64,000 nt of DNA from Psilocybe cubensis (lineage: Eukaryota): assembly GCA_017499595.2 (NCBI GenBank), contig CM039010.1:434001-498000 (forward strand), written 5' to 3'. Below are positions 12,384 to 23,800 of the stretch, one piece after another (position 1 is the first letter of the stretch; each line of letters starts with the position of its first letter). Made by a program: the position numbers and the translations under genes. Below the pieces are notes generated by a model. That model made no database searches and was not told the DNA's origin. It was given only the letters and a program-made list of their open reading frames with translations.

Positions 12384-13333
12384 CGTACTCCTCCTCTATT
12401 TCCTCAAGATCCATGTCAAGGTCAAACCCTGCATGCTAGACTCGCCCATACTGTCTGAAGCTGAAGCATGATTTGAATCTACAGAGGATGTAGAGACTGC
12501 ATTTGGGACAATCTGGGTATCCAGAGGTTCACTTTTGATGGAGGTGGGATGTGCAGGTATGTCTCTTTCATTGTCTGTTTCATCTGCAGAGACTGGGTTC
12601 ATTAACCGCCCGGACCTGCCATCTAATCTTAGACGCAGTTCACCTGCGCCATGATATATGATTTTTCGGCTCAAATTACAAGTCATTTTTTTCTCAAAAA
12701 AATTTTTTTTCGTGACCTTGTAAAAATGAATTTTATTGTAAAAGAAACCTATCTAAATGATTCTGTAGACAACTGTTTTTTAGTTGTGGAAGGTTGTTGT
12801 TGAGGCAAATCGCGTTTTTTTCACTAAGTCCGAGTCACAAAACGAGGATTCCCTCAAATCCGAACCGTTTGTCCCAGGCCTTCTGTGGATCTCTCTCTTT
12901 TCGCACTCCGATCAATGTTTGACGACATAAATAAAGACAACATTTGTACAAACATATCACTCGGTACCTGCCTTATCTAGAAAAGAGACGAGATTCACAG
13001 AAGGCCTGGCTCGCGAGGCTATCGTCCGTCATATATTCCCAAGATAAGTCTGGCGACGCATTTGGCAAATCAGACTCATTCAACTGTGCCAGTTACCACC
13101 ACCGCGGCCTTCCACGTAGTCTGGCAACGCCCGCCTCTATCCCCACATCACCCACTGACAACGGGCAACTTGTGTAGGCTGCATCTTGTTTCGCCTCGCC
13201 GTCAACGTTCCCTCATTCCGGTTCACCGACATACCTTGACACCTGCACTGCGGGTGAGCATCGGCCGGACCGTTGGTTGGCGTAGTCGAGGTCTAGAGGA
13301 ATACAAGATTTGTAGGACGTGCCATACTGTCAG

Positions 13334-14400
13334 ATGTCTAATAGTGTCCCGGGAGATTCTCTGATGCAGGATCTTCCTGCCGAAGCGTTGAGTCAACGCA
13401 CAAAACCGAAGCCTCTTCGAGGGCTTCGTTCCCTAGGACTGACAAGATCAAACCATGCATTCTTCCATGCTCGCATTGTCATTTCACTGTTACGAAATGC
13501 CCCCTTTACCACAGGCGCGTTTGCAGTGCGATGGCGTTTCAAGGATGGACAAATACCGAGCGAAAATCAGCTACGCGATATGAACTTTCAAGTTTCATTT
13601 GTCAACCCTGTCAAGGGAAAAATGCCTTTCATAGCATGCGACGATTACGCTGTCGAATGGCCATTCTCATTGAACGCTCTTCTCAAGGTAGAAGTCGATA
13701 GCACAACTTTTCAGATATCCCCTTGCCCACTACAGCTTACTGTCCTCCGAAGGGACATCAACATTAATCCAGATATCTCCTCCCATTCTCTCCGGTTTGG
13801 GTCAACTCAGATTGACCTCTCACAATTTGTGGGACAAGGTCGGGTTCAAAACATCGTATCCTTTGAGAGAAAGTAAAACAAATGCCAACGTAAAGGTGAG
13901 TTCCTTCCCTGTTGTTTGTTTCAAGCTCTGATCTATCAGCCCAGCTTTCCATTGAAATGATGCACGCTGGTGGCTCAATATCATACAGACCACCTCAGCC
14001 CAGGCTTATACAACCCTTCATGACTGAATTTACTAACGACTCTAATCGCATGGCACCCACGGATATAAAAGTAGAAACAATATCTGACAGCCATTTTGGA
14101 TCTCAGTTACCAAACTTTGAAGACATATCACAGGACTCTCCACAATTTCTTCTTCCCTTTGCGCATGTTTCTACTGATGATGAACAAAGCGAAGCTCCTC
14201 GAAGTCGAACTTGCTCCAATTCTTCCTACGCGTCGGCACCGAGCGCTATGTCTGTCTTAGGATCTACGCATGCTTCGCGTTATAGCGACGATATATCAAC
14301 ATATTCAAAAGCATCTTCACGTACCGCCGATACGGACTACGGACTGTACTATCGCAGGATGGCATTGTCGCAGTCAACCTTGGGCACGAGGTCAGGATGA
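13334..14400 (+). pseudogene. NT-C2 (EEIG1/EHBP1 N-terminal C2) domain gene with a +1 frameshift near 13845 (pseudogene or sequence error)
   Basis: HAFFHARIVISLLRNAPFTTGAFAVRWRFK...VEW...PCPLQLTV...RFGSTQIDLSQFVGQG. The expected continuation KTSYPLRESKTNANVK lies in the +1 frame, then intron 13896-13944 and LSIEMMHAGG. The true start may lie further upstream. Confidence 0.7.
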
Positions 14401-14485
14401 GATTGGAGTTACAAAATACACTATTATTACAAGAATATACAGTATCTACAATTATTCGCTCTAAGTGGACACTGGCAATTAGCGG

Positions 14486-16818
14486 CTAATTTGTGTTTTG
14501 TTTAGTATCGACCTCGAGGGTTGATCCTGAGGCAGGAGTTGTGCTCGCTGTTGATGGCGATAAATTGATCTGAACTTGCTTGTTCGCGTATCGACTGCCC
14601 ATCCTGATCATCTTTCCATACTTCCATAGAAGAACAGGCCTGCCAGAGAGAATAAGTGAACTAGAAACATTTTCAACGAGGAGGACGGCAGACATACGCT
14701 GGACATCCCAATCCAATAGCACAACACGCCAAAATAGTATTTCCCTTACCATATCCGAGTGATGCATACATAGAAGGCGCAAAAAGTGGGAAACCGAAAC
14801 CAGCTAGTGCTCGCAGTGTAGAGACTGCAGCAAGCGCTGATAATACACGTTTATTAATTGCTGTAGTCAAGTTTACAGAACAGGATAGGGACTGACCAGA
14901 TGCGGCATGCAATGTAAATGTATCGACGACGTAGGTTTGTATCCCTTGGTAAACAAGGATTAGCCCTGATCCGACACAGGCAAGACCCTTCATCACGAGT
15001 GTCAGTTCTCAGTCAACAATATTGAGGTGACTTGCCGCACAATGTCTACAAGAATCCAATGAAGCCTGTTCTGTGCGCTCCAGCCGCTTAGTAGAAGTCC
15101 AAGGGGGAGTAACAGCGAGCCCGGAGCAAGAGTAGCTGTCATTACAGTCAGCCCATGCATGATAGTTTTGAAGAGGATATCACTTACGAAGACGAAACTC
15201 AGGTTCACCAACATTTCCATTCTTGCTTTTCAGGTATCTATAGATGGTATCCATATATCGGCCGTTTACCTGAGAGGTGACGACGAGTCCCAGTCCTAAT
15301 GCGAGATAGTTCAACCCCCCGATACCAGAGCCTTCGTGGTATATACCGCTAAATATGGCGGGAATAGTCGTAAGAAAGACTAAACAAAAATAGCTTACTT
15401 TAGCTACTAGTCCCAGTGAAGAGGAGGTTTACTTACGGTAGAAAAGTCCATACACAAAGGCCATGTAGATTCCAAGGATCTGTACGATCGTCTCGTGGAT
15501 AAACAGTTGAAATGGGCGTGTCAGTGCTTTGGAGAAGATAGTTTTCCATCTAACGAGATACTGTCAGAGCTATAGAATCAGAGGTAGCGAGTTATAGCTC
15601 ACGTTCGGTCCGTGGAATCGAAGACAGTCCGGACTTCTCGTTTGGAACCATTCTCGAGATCAAGCCTAGCCCTGATTTGTTTGGCCTTTCTTTCGAGAAG
15701 TACAGGAGCGAATGCTACGGGTTATAGTCTCAGTGCATCAGTGATGGCCAACAAGGCATAACATACTTTCGCGTAAAAAGAATAACCCAGAAAGTTGCAC
15801 CAGGACATCAACGATACTTGTAGACCACAGAACCCATTTATAAGTCGACCTTTCTGCGATCCTGTAACAGAAACGAATGAGTACAGAAAAATAATCAAAT
15901 CGAAAAACGCACCATGCACCACACATAGGGCCAATAACAGGGCCTAAAAGTGGTGCGAGAGAGTATATTGCAATCGCCTGTCCCCTCTCTTCTGCTCTCC
16001 AAACGTCACCAATGACACCACCTCCGATCTAGGCATTGAGGTAAATATGTGTAGCGTGAGTCAAAAAGTCGATTAACATACCGCCAGCGGTGCGCTGCCC
16101 CCAAGACCTGCCAGAAAGCGAAATACCAACAGTTGGTTTTTGCTTTTGGCAAATCCACAGGCAATATTCCATACTGAATAGACTGCATTAGTTCCGGGCA
16201 TGTTTGGATTGTATAACAACATTACCAAGGTAGAATAGATTCGAGATTTGAAGCACACGAGAGCGCCCGTATATCTCGCTCAAAGGCCCCAGAAACTACG
16301 GTGGTACAAATAGTTTAAGCAGGAGGATCACCGGGTTGCATTAAAATATGACATACCAGAGGACCGACGGCTGTTCCAAGTTTGAAGATGGACAAGGTTG
16401 AAGAAGAACAAATATTAAGTGGCTTACCATATCCCAAGACAAAAATACTGGTCGTCATTGCCAGTATTACGGTGCTCGTGATTCCAAACCGATGTGCGAT
16501 TTGCTCAAATGCAGGTGCAATCATAGAAGAGGACACAGGAGAGATAAACGTGAAAGAGGAGACTACCAAGGTAGCCGCCCACTTTTGTTGAAAAGACCAG
16601 CTAAAGAGGATGGGATTAGCTTTCGTCAGGACATCCATCTAGTTGAACGATGTTTACTTTTTAGGGTTTGTGGGATCGTTCGGACCATCCCAGTCGACTC
16701 GAATGGTCTCGTTTACTCCTTGCCCTCCAGTGCCAATGACACTGGTAGCCTCGGCGATTTGTTGTGGCTTTTCATCGGTCACGGGTGAAAGGTGTCTAGT
16801 GGGTGTTGGCTTGTCCAT
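14486..16818 (-). CDS. MFS drug:H+ antiporter (DHA1 family), multi-exon
   Basis: DWDGPNDPTNPKNWSFQQKW, FTFISPVSSSMIAPA, GPLSEIYGR, FRFLAGLGGSAPL, LAPLLGPVIGP, RWVLW-like segment, LRALAGFGFPLFAPSMYASLG. Confidence 0.92.
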
Positions 16819-17841
16819 CGGTACAAAGATTAGTGAAATGCCAATATGGGGGTATAATGTTGCTCCACGGGGGGAAAGAAGTTGGAAGCAAACCTAGCGT
16901 GTTGTTCCTCAGCCTTTTATTGATCCACACAAACCGTTTTCGCGTAATCCTTCGCATATGCTCTCCGTTCTCCCTTTGCTAAAAATACACAGATAGGTCT
17001 GAATCGAATAAGGATTCAATGTGGCAGCGGCCGAACAATCATCCCCGAGCTTCGCCAAATAGGCAGCACACATTGAACTTGGCCTTGATATATACATAAA
17101 GTGTTATTCAGTGTAGGTATATGAAGAATTGGCGAGGAAGCTTACCAAGTATTGAGACCTTTCAAGTGTTTCAGTGATGCTGCAAAGCTTTAAAGCAAAT
17201 TAAGCTCGATCATGAAGTCGGTCATGAATTGGCTATGAATAAACCAAGACGTCAAGATGCATGAAAATATCTTTCCAATACCATTTTGCACGCGAGGTTC
17301 GGTCTGATTTCGCTCCCCGATTGCGAGGTCAAGTGAGGCATTGGCAAAGGTCATGGATATTCAAGCGGAGCTTTAAACACTTGGATTCCGAGATGAGGTG
17401 CCTGACTCAAAGAAGCGCCCGCACGACACTGGAAGGATAAAAAGTGAGATGACCACGAGCGTTTGCGACACAGCCTGATAGACGGAGGCTATCGAAAAAC
17501 ACTGGATGATAGTCTGTGGAAAAATCTGTTCTACTTGTATTTCTTCCGGCGTGTTTGCAGCCTTTGTTTATCAGGCTGAAATTAGCACAAACCTTCAATA
17601 AGCAACCTAGTTCATCGGCAATCTTCCCCTATCAACAATTCTAAGCATTCAGGTAATGCGACCATTTAAATATTGTAGGGACGTCGCCTATCATAAGATA
17701 AAGAATTTCACTCCTCGAAGCCAAGAGAACGGGGTGATAATATCAAGGCGATACATACCCCCGTCGTATTAAAGTAGTTTTTCATTGCTATGCTTGCATC
17801 CGTAGTGACACCGCGCCGGCGGCGGTAATCCATAAGCTAAC

Positions 17842-18142
17842 TACGCAGGTCCAGGACCTCTAGCGCAAAATGCATTTGACAACTTGAAGAAAAATTAATC
17901 ATAGATCCAACTAGAGCAAATTAATTGAAAATGGAAATAATTTGCTGAGAGCAGGTTTTGAACCTACGCGGTCCTCATGGATGAGGCCATGAGAGGTTAT
18001 ATACGCAGGTCCAGGACCTCTAGCGCAAAATGCATGACAACTCATTCTTCAAGAAAAATTAATCATAGATCTAGAGCAAATTGATTGAAATGGAAAATAC
18101 ATTAAAATAATTCGCTGAGAGCAGGATTTGAACCTACGCGGT
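17842..18142. repeat. Imperfect tandem duplication (~130-140 bp) containing the tRNA 3' end and its downstream flank
   Basis: TACGCAGGTCCAGGACCTCTAGCGCAAAATGCAT...GCTGAGAGCAGG(T/A)TTTGAACCTACGCGGT occurs at 17842-17972 and 18002-18142. Confidence 0.9.
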
Positions 18143-18212
18143 GGGACACCAAGTGATAAGTGGTTCAAATCCCAATTCAAATCACTCGCCTTAACGACTC
18201 GGCCATCTCAGC
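18113..18212 (-). tRNA. tRNA-Ser(TGA) with ~18-nt intron after position 37
   Basis: Minus strand: acceptor GCTGAGA/TCTCAGC plus discriminator G; D arm TGGCCGAGTCGTTAAGGC; anticodon stem AGTGA/TCACT with loop TT-TGA-A plus intron; long variable arm GGTG-TCC-CACC; T arm GTAGG-TTCAAAT-CCTGC; short T-run downstream. Confidence 0.88.
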
Positions 18213-18294
18213 TTCTGATTTGCATGACGTGGTTAGCGGAATGAGCATACTGCACTGTCGTTGCTTACCTAAATTTTACATAAGCAAGACTGCC

Positions 18295-18560
18295 AACCAA
18301 ACAAATACGCGCACGCCGCGCGTGGTCAGATGCGAGGTGCGCGCGGCGTGAATGAGGTGAACGGATTCGTTTGTTTTAATGCATTAGTACTTTTCTTTCA
18401 ACCAAAAAAATACGCGCATACCGTGTGGAGTCAGATGTGGGAGGTGCAGTATTTTTGTTTGAACCAAACAAATACGCACGCCATGCGTGGTCAGATGCGG
18501 GAGGTGAGCGCGGCGTGAATGATCACAATTTGAGGTAAATGGGTTCGTTTATTTTAGATA
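18295..18560. repeat. Three degenerate ~60-100 bp GC-rich repeat units with an internal hairpin
   Basis: AACCAAACAAATACGC..CACGCC..CGTGGTCAGATGCG..GAGGTG recurs near 18295, 18400 and 18462. Unit 1 has a perfect 11-bp inverted repeat, CACGCCGCGCG (18312-18322) / CGCGCGGCGTG (18340-18350). Confidence 0.8.
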
Positions 18561-19026
18561 CAATGCATTTGCAATGTATATCCGTGTACAAAATGAAAGT
18601 GTGAGCATTTTTTTGGGTGTTCTAAGGGCATTTCTGTGCTCATGAAAGATTCAGCCTGATGGGTTCCCAGATGCTACAGCACAGAGATGAACGGGTTCAA
18701 GAGAATAAATTTTTGGTAATGCCTTTTTAAGTTGATATGATTTGCTATCAAGTACATTTGTGTACAAAATAAAATATTGACAATTAAATATACCTCAGAA
18801 TGCCTCCTGAAAGGTTCAACTTGATGGGTTATCCAATGTGCTACACATGGTTTCCGACTATTCCAATGGATACTGGGTTTATAAATTTGGTGAAAATATC
18901 TATAAAATCCACAAGTAGATTGTTTGAGTAAGTGATTGAAATTTCTCTTAGTGGTGAGCGGGTCCATTTAGCTCTGAATATGCATGCAATTTTCCCCCTA
19001 TCTGATGGGTTGTGTATAATACTACA

Positions 19027-19290
19027 TGTCAGGGTACGTATTGGTGCCACCCCTATCCGTTATCATTATCTGTTACGGTCCCACGTTGTCATGCCTTGTT
19101 CTATCTTTGTGTTCGGTCCCACGTCTATTGTTCTCCTGTTTCATCTATTGATAGTTGTCATATGTCGAGTACTCTGGTCCGGGAAGTAGTTACTCCAGTC
19201 TCCATGTATATATAGGGTCCTGGGGTCAGTAGTCAGACCCCAGCTTCGATATCAACTTGGTCTTTGGGCATTCTTCTCTCTTGACTTACA
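19027..19290. mobile_element. Possible solo LTR
   Basis: TGTCAG...CTTACA (TG...CA) ends, internal TATATATAG, 8-bp hairpin CTGGGGTC/GACCCCAG (19220-19243). No target-site duplication found. Confidence 0.3.
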
Positions 19291-19547
19291 TCAACTAAAT
19301 GTACAGTAGATTACAAAGCGATGCCAACCAATTCAATAATTTTTTAGCATTCAAAACCAAAACAATTTTTAGAGCCGGTTTACAATGTGAAGAAGAAATT
19401 CTGGGGGTCAGCAAACATAACCCTCAATTAGAAGCCGTATACCCCTGGCCCCACGCAACCTTTAAATATAATGTACAATTGTTATATTGATGTGACTAAC
19501 AGGTAAGTATGATTATCATTTACCCCTAAATGAAAACTTCAAAAGAG

Positions 19548-19635
19548 CGTTGGCGCGGGACAAGGCAGGGGCATTGTTCGCACCGTCACCAGTCATAGCG
19601 CAGAGATGTCCGAGACCCTGGAGACGCTTGACAAC
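19548..19635 (-). pseudogene. Isolated fragment of a plasma-membrane H+-ATPase (P-type IIIA, PMA1-like) gene
   Basis: Reads VVKRLQGLGHLCAMTGDGANNAPALSRAN, the P-type ATPase hinge motif TGDGxNDAPAL with D>N. Flanking sequence is unrelated. Confidence 0.85.
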
Positions 19636-20885
19636 AGATTTAGACAGATATTGGAGCTTGAAAATAAAATCAAGCGGCGCCTGAACCCACTTGAAGTCTC
19701 GTTGCAAGCAAATCAATTTACTTTCTTCAAACCGTCACCATCCCTCTGCCCACGGATATACCTGGGGGCAGGTTCCGTGTACCTGTCTGCATATACTGAT
19801 GCTTCATCTTCAATGTAGCACCTTACATGCTTTCCTTCAACCCAAACTGGTAGATGCTATTTCTCTGGTGACAGGTGAGTAATAGATAACTTGGTGCTTG
19901 TCGCTACTGACCCACATCCTAGAATTAACTGCTTTGAACACTAGTTGAAAGAAGATGGAATAAGTTGAGTATCTATTTAATATACTTTGCACTGCTAACT
20001 TCACTCGTGAAAGGTCCCAGACACCCAAACACTTGAATGCAGACTCTGAAGGCATATACTTGTAAGTATATGCGCTTTTTTATTGGTATTTTCCCCTTTT
20101 TTGACGCATATATTCTGGTCCTCCACTTGCCTATACTCCTTTTAGTTGTTCCAGATGTTCAAATGTGTGTCTGTTTCTGCCTCCGTGTCTTCACCGTTCA
20201 CACTTTCTTTCTCTACTGCAGACACAGTTGTCACATGACACATTACCTCTACCCCCAAATGCTCCATCTACGTGCGGCCTCTGGCATGCATTGGGTGTAT
20301 CTGGTGGGTAGTGTTGTAGAAGGAGTAGGAGGTACAGGGGGAAAGGACATGTTCAGAGACACTTGCCTGTATCATTGGGTGCAGCAGGTTTGGTATTAGA
20401 TTTAGGTTCTGTTTAATTAGTCTTATATACTTGAAGTATGTTTTATGAATATATGAACTATTTTTATTATGATTTTTGTGTACTCCATTACAATGCCATA
20501 ATTCTTGCAATTATAATCTCATGCAAACATTGGATAAGATTGTAAACCTTGAAAAAATTTATTCATGCTGCAATATTTCCGTTTTCTTACAACATTTCAA
20601 GAGCGTTGTAACGCAGTGCGAGAATTTCGAAGAAAAAAATATTTTATTGGGTTTACAATGCTTTGTAATCTACCCGCACTTTTTATGATGTAAGTCAATT
20701 CCTAACACTACAGAAAAAGAATAGAAAGGGATAAAATAATTAAATTGAAATAATATATTAATGAGGAGGTGCAAAGCACCAACGGGGTCAAGGGGCGCAG
20801 CCCCCGCAAGCTGTTGGCCCATTTGCTAAGCAAGTGGGTGAGCAAAGTGAACCCTACGGCGCGTAGCAACAGGTCATAAAGCTTG

Positions 20886-23800
20886 TCTATATATTAAGAG
20901 AGGGTGGTGTTGTTGCTTACCTAAAATTTACATAAGCAAGACCGCAGTCTTTTACAGTAAACCAGAAATGCCAGAGGCTTTGGATCCAAACAATGTCCTG
21001 GAAATCAAACATTGCGCGATGGCACCAGTGCAAAAATTTGCCGTGACACTGCTGATAAGCCGTGTCACGCTACAAGCACGTGCGCACAAGTGTGCGTTCC
21101 CATGACTGTGCATTCCCACAATATGCCGCGCACGGCATCAACCATTAACCTCGATATCCATAACACCATTCCCCTGCGCCAACCAGACCATCCTCAATTC
21201 AAATTGTATTACCTTTAAGACCTTCAGCTTCAATTTCTATTGTGCGTGACACGCCTCCTATCAAGCCTCATGGAGTAGGCAAGACTTTTCCCACGTTTTG
21301 ACTTGTTCCCACGCCTAGGCGTCGCGATTGACTTAGTGAAAAATATGAATTTGGGTGCTTCTTTCAGCCTCACCTCTCAAAAACAACTCCTATTCCACAG
21401 CTTCTCATGTATTCTATAGACTTCCATACCCCTTTTTGTAATGGTAGTGTTAGAATCCCGTAGCATACACACCCTAGGGAGGTAGAGTAGTTTTGGCCTC
21501 TCAGAGCATCATCTTCCACCCAAGTAATAGATTTTTGCGAAATTATCATCAATTTTACTGTGTCTTCCTGCGTCGTTTCAAACTGTGTTCAAGTATACAG
21601 TATATTGCGTCCACCAGTGTCATTACCGGCCATCCAAACAGTTTACATCTTGTCCTTACCCCTCTCAACAACTCCCTAGTCACCTGTGGTTAAGCAGGGC
21701 TTTGTGAAGCAATCCGCACACAACAACGCACCTTGTACAAGCCTTTGGGTGTTTTAGGCACTGCCCATCTTGTTTCTCTGCCTTTTCACGCCCACACTGC
21801 TCGTCAGTGTATCACCGCCGCTTTGTGTCCCACACTGTCTTAAAACTATCTTTCTCACAACATTTCCTGGAAACAACGCGCCTATATTTTGGTGCTCACC
21901 TTATTGGGTGGTGGAATTATCTTTTCTGGCCTTTGGTGAGTGCATAATGTTTCTAATTGCATCTACATGAAGTAATTAGACCTTTGCTCAGGCTCTTTTT
22001 TGCTATTTGTCACTCTCTATTGGCAATCCCCTTTGCTTTTTTGGCCTTTGGTGAGTGGCTGTGTGTCTGATGTGGATACTGTAGAAATTGATGACACGTA
22101 GGTGGTAGCACTAGAATATAATGGTAAACTCAGTCAATGGTATTGGCTGTGTATAATGATATCTACCTAGAATATAATGGTACTAAATATAATGTAAGTA
22201 ATCTATGAGTGAATGAAATATATGGGACTACTCACAACTCAGTCAATGGTATTGGCTGAGTTGTGTAGACGAAACAAGTGTGTAATTAGTCTACATATTA
22301 GTAATCGGAGATAAGATAACGCGAGTGCGATAGCTTGACTTAGAATAAATGTTCAACAGATACTTGATCTAATATCCTTTGAGAGCTCTCTCAAAGCTGT
22401 TCCTGTTTGTAAAAGATCTCTCACAAATTTCTGCTCCCTGCCCCCTCTGGAATCTGCACCTTTTCTTTTTGGCTGTGGTTGAGTTATTGGAAGTGCTCTG
22501 TATATCTACTGCTGCTGTGTATTGAGTATATTGGGGAATCTGAAGATTAAGGTGATACTTTTTCAAGGTGTCTGCCAGTTGTCTTTTGGACCTCTTTCTG
22601 GATACAGTTTGCAGAAAGATTGGTTGGCAGGTCTTTTAGACTATATAGTTGCCTCCCCTTCCTTTGGGATTGAAGCTCCATTATCAACTGCAGCTGTTAA
22701 CACTGATTTTGCTTTTTTCTCACTATATTTAATTGCACTGCTGGACCAGAAAGGTCATCTCTTCCTTTACCTGGCTTTAGAATCTTTTAACAATGTATGC
22801 ATTTAATCAATAACTGTACTAAGCACATTAAAATCTAATACTTTAAATTTTCAGGCCTGAAATACCTCCTAATATACCTCGCCATGCACATATTGCTTCT
22901 CAGAGATCTAAGCGTGATGCACGTTTTCTTGAAAGCCCACAGGCACACCACACACCACATCATAATCACATGCCAAATATTGAGCCTTTGAGTTTTGTTC
23001 TTCCTCCTACTCTTCCTCCTGCACCTACTCCACCTATCCATGCACAATCAGTAACTTTAAATGGAGTTGTATATAATTTGCCTCTAGATTTAGCTCAGCG
23101 TATAGCTAAACTTCCTGCTATTCCTGTTTCTCCACAACAACGTAGATATCAAATTGTGCCCCAATCCATTCCTGTATGTATTTTTTTTTTTTAAAAAAAA
23201 CATTATTCACAGAATAAAATTAAAAAATTATATTATTATAGGCTCAACCTCAACTTCCTATTGTTCCATCCCTTTCTCAACATTGTAGACATCAGATTGA
23301 GCCTCCTCCTTTACTAGTATGTGGCTTTTTAATATATATATATATATATATTATTTATGATTAATTTATTTTTAGCAGCAACATCCTCAAGCTCTTGCTT
23401 TTCAGCCAAATATAATTTCTGTGTTACCTATTTCTCCATTAAATCCTAATGCACCTATGCTTTAACAACCTGTGCCTATTCTCCAACAACCTGCACCTAT
23501 GCGCCAACAACCTGCACATCAGCACATATCTATTGCACACATGCCTTTTAATCGTAATTAGACTGTGCATAATTTAGGAAAAATGGATGTTGTCTGTTCT
23601 CATTGTGGTGCTTTCTATTGGATGGCAGAACGTTTAACCAAATCATCTTTGGCCAATCCTAAATTTGGAATGTGTTGTTTTAATGGAAAAATTATTTTGC
23701 CTCAAATAGAAAATGCTCCATCTGAGTTGGATGCTTTGCTTTCTAATTCTGATATGCAATCAAAGAATTTCTGAGAACATATTTGCCAGTATAATAATGC

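Larger units (their letters stand above)
18256..20885 (+). mobile_element. Non-autonomous Helitron-related element (5' end eroded) with captured and nested sequences
   Basis: 18256-18290 matches the 5'-subterminal sequence of the adjacent Helitron (20908-20942). 20765-20885 matches its 3' end (27929-28051). No Rep/helicase ORF was found between them. Confidence 0.7.

Noticed and set aside
12915-12980. Short ORF MFDDINKDNICTNISLGTCLI* as an MSDIN/amatoxin-type RiPP precursor or CaaX pheromone
   Set aside because: No RLP-core-P architecture, and the Cys is third from the end rather than fourth.
17944-17972. Second tRNA gene or prokaryote-style att site
   Set aside because: Only the T arm and 3' acceptor strand are present, the downstream flank is co-duplicated, and there is no integrase. 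It is a simple tandem duplication.
18295-18560. CRISPR-like array
   Set aside because: Eukaryotic context, degenerate units of unequal length, no unique spacers of regular size and no cas genes.
21920-23520. Short direct repeats (CTAGAATATAATGGTA, AACTCAGTCAATGGTATTGGCTG, CAACAACCTG units) and a (TA)n tract
   Set aside because: Ordinary slippage duplications inside the Helitron; no independent feature is supported.
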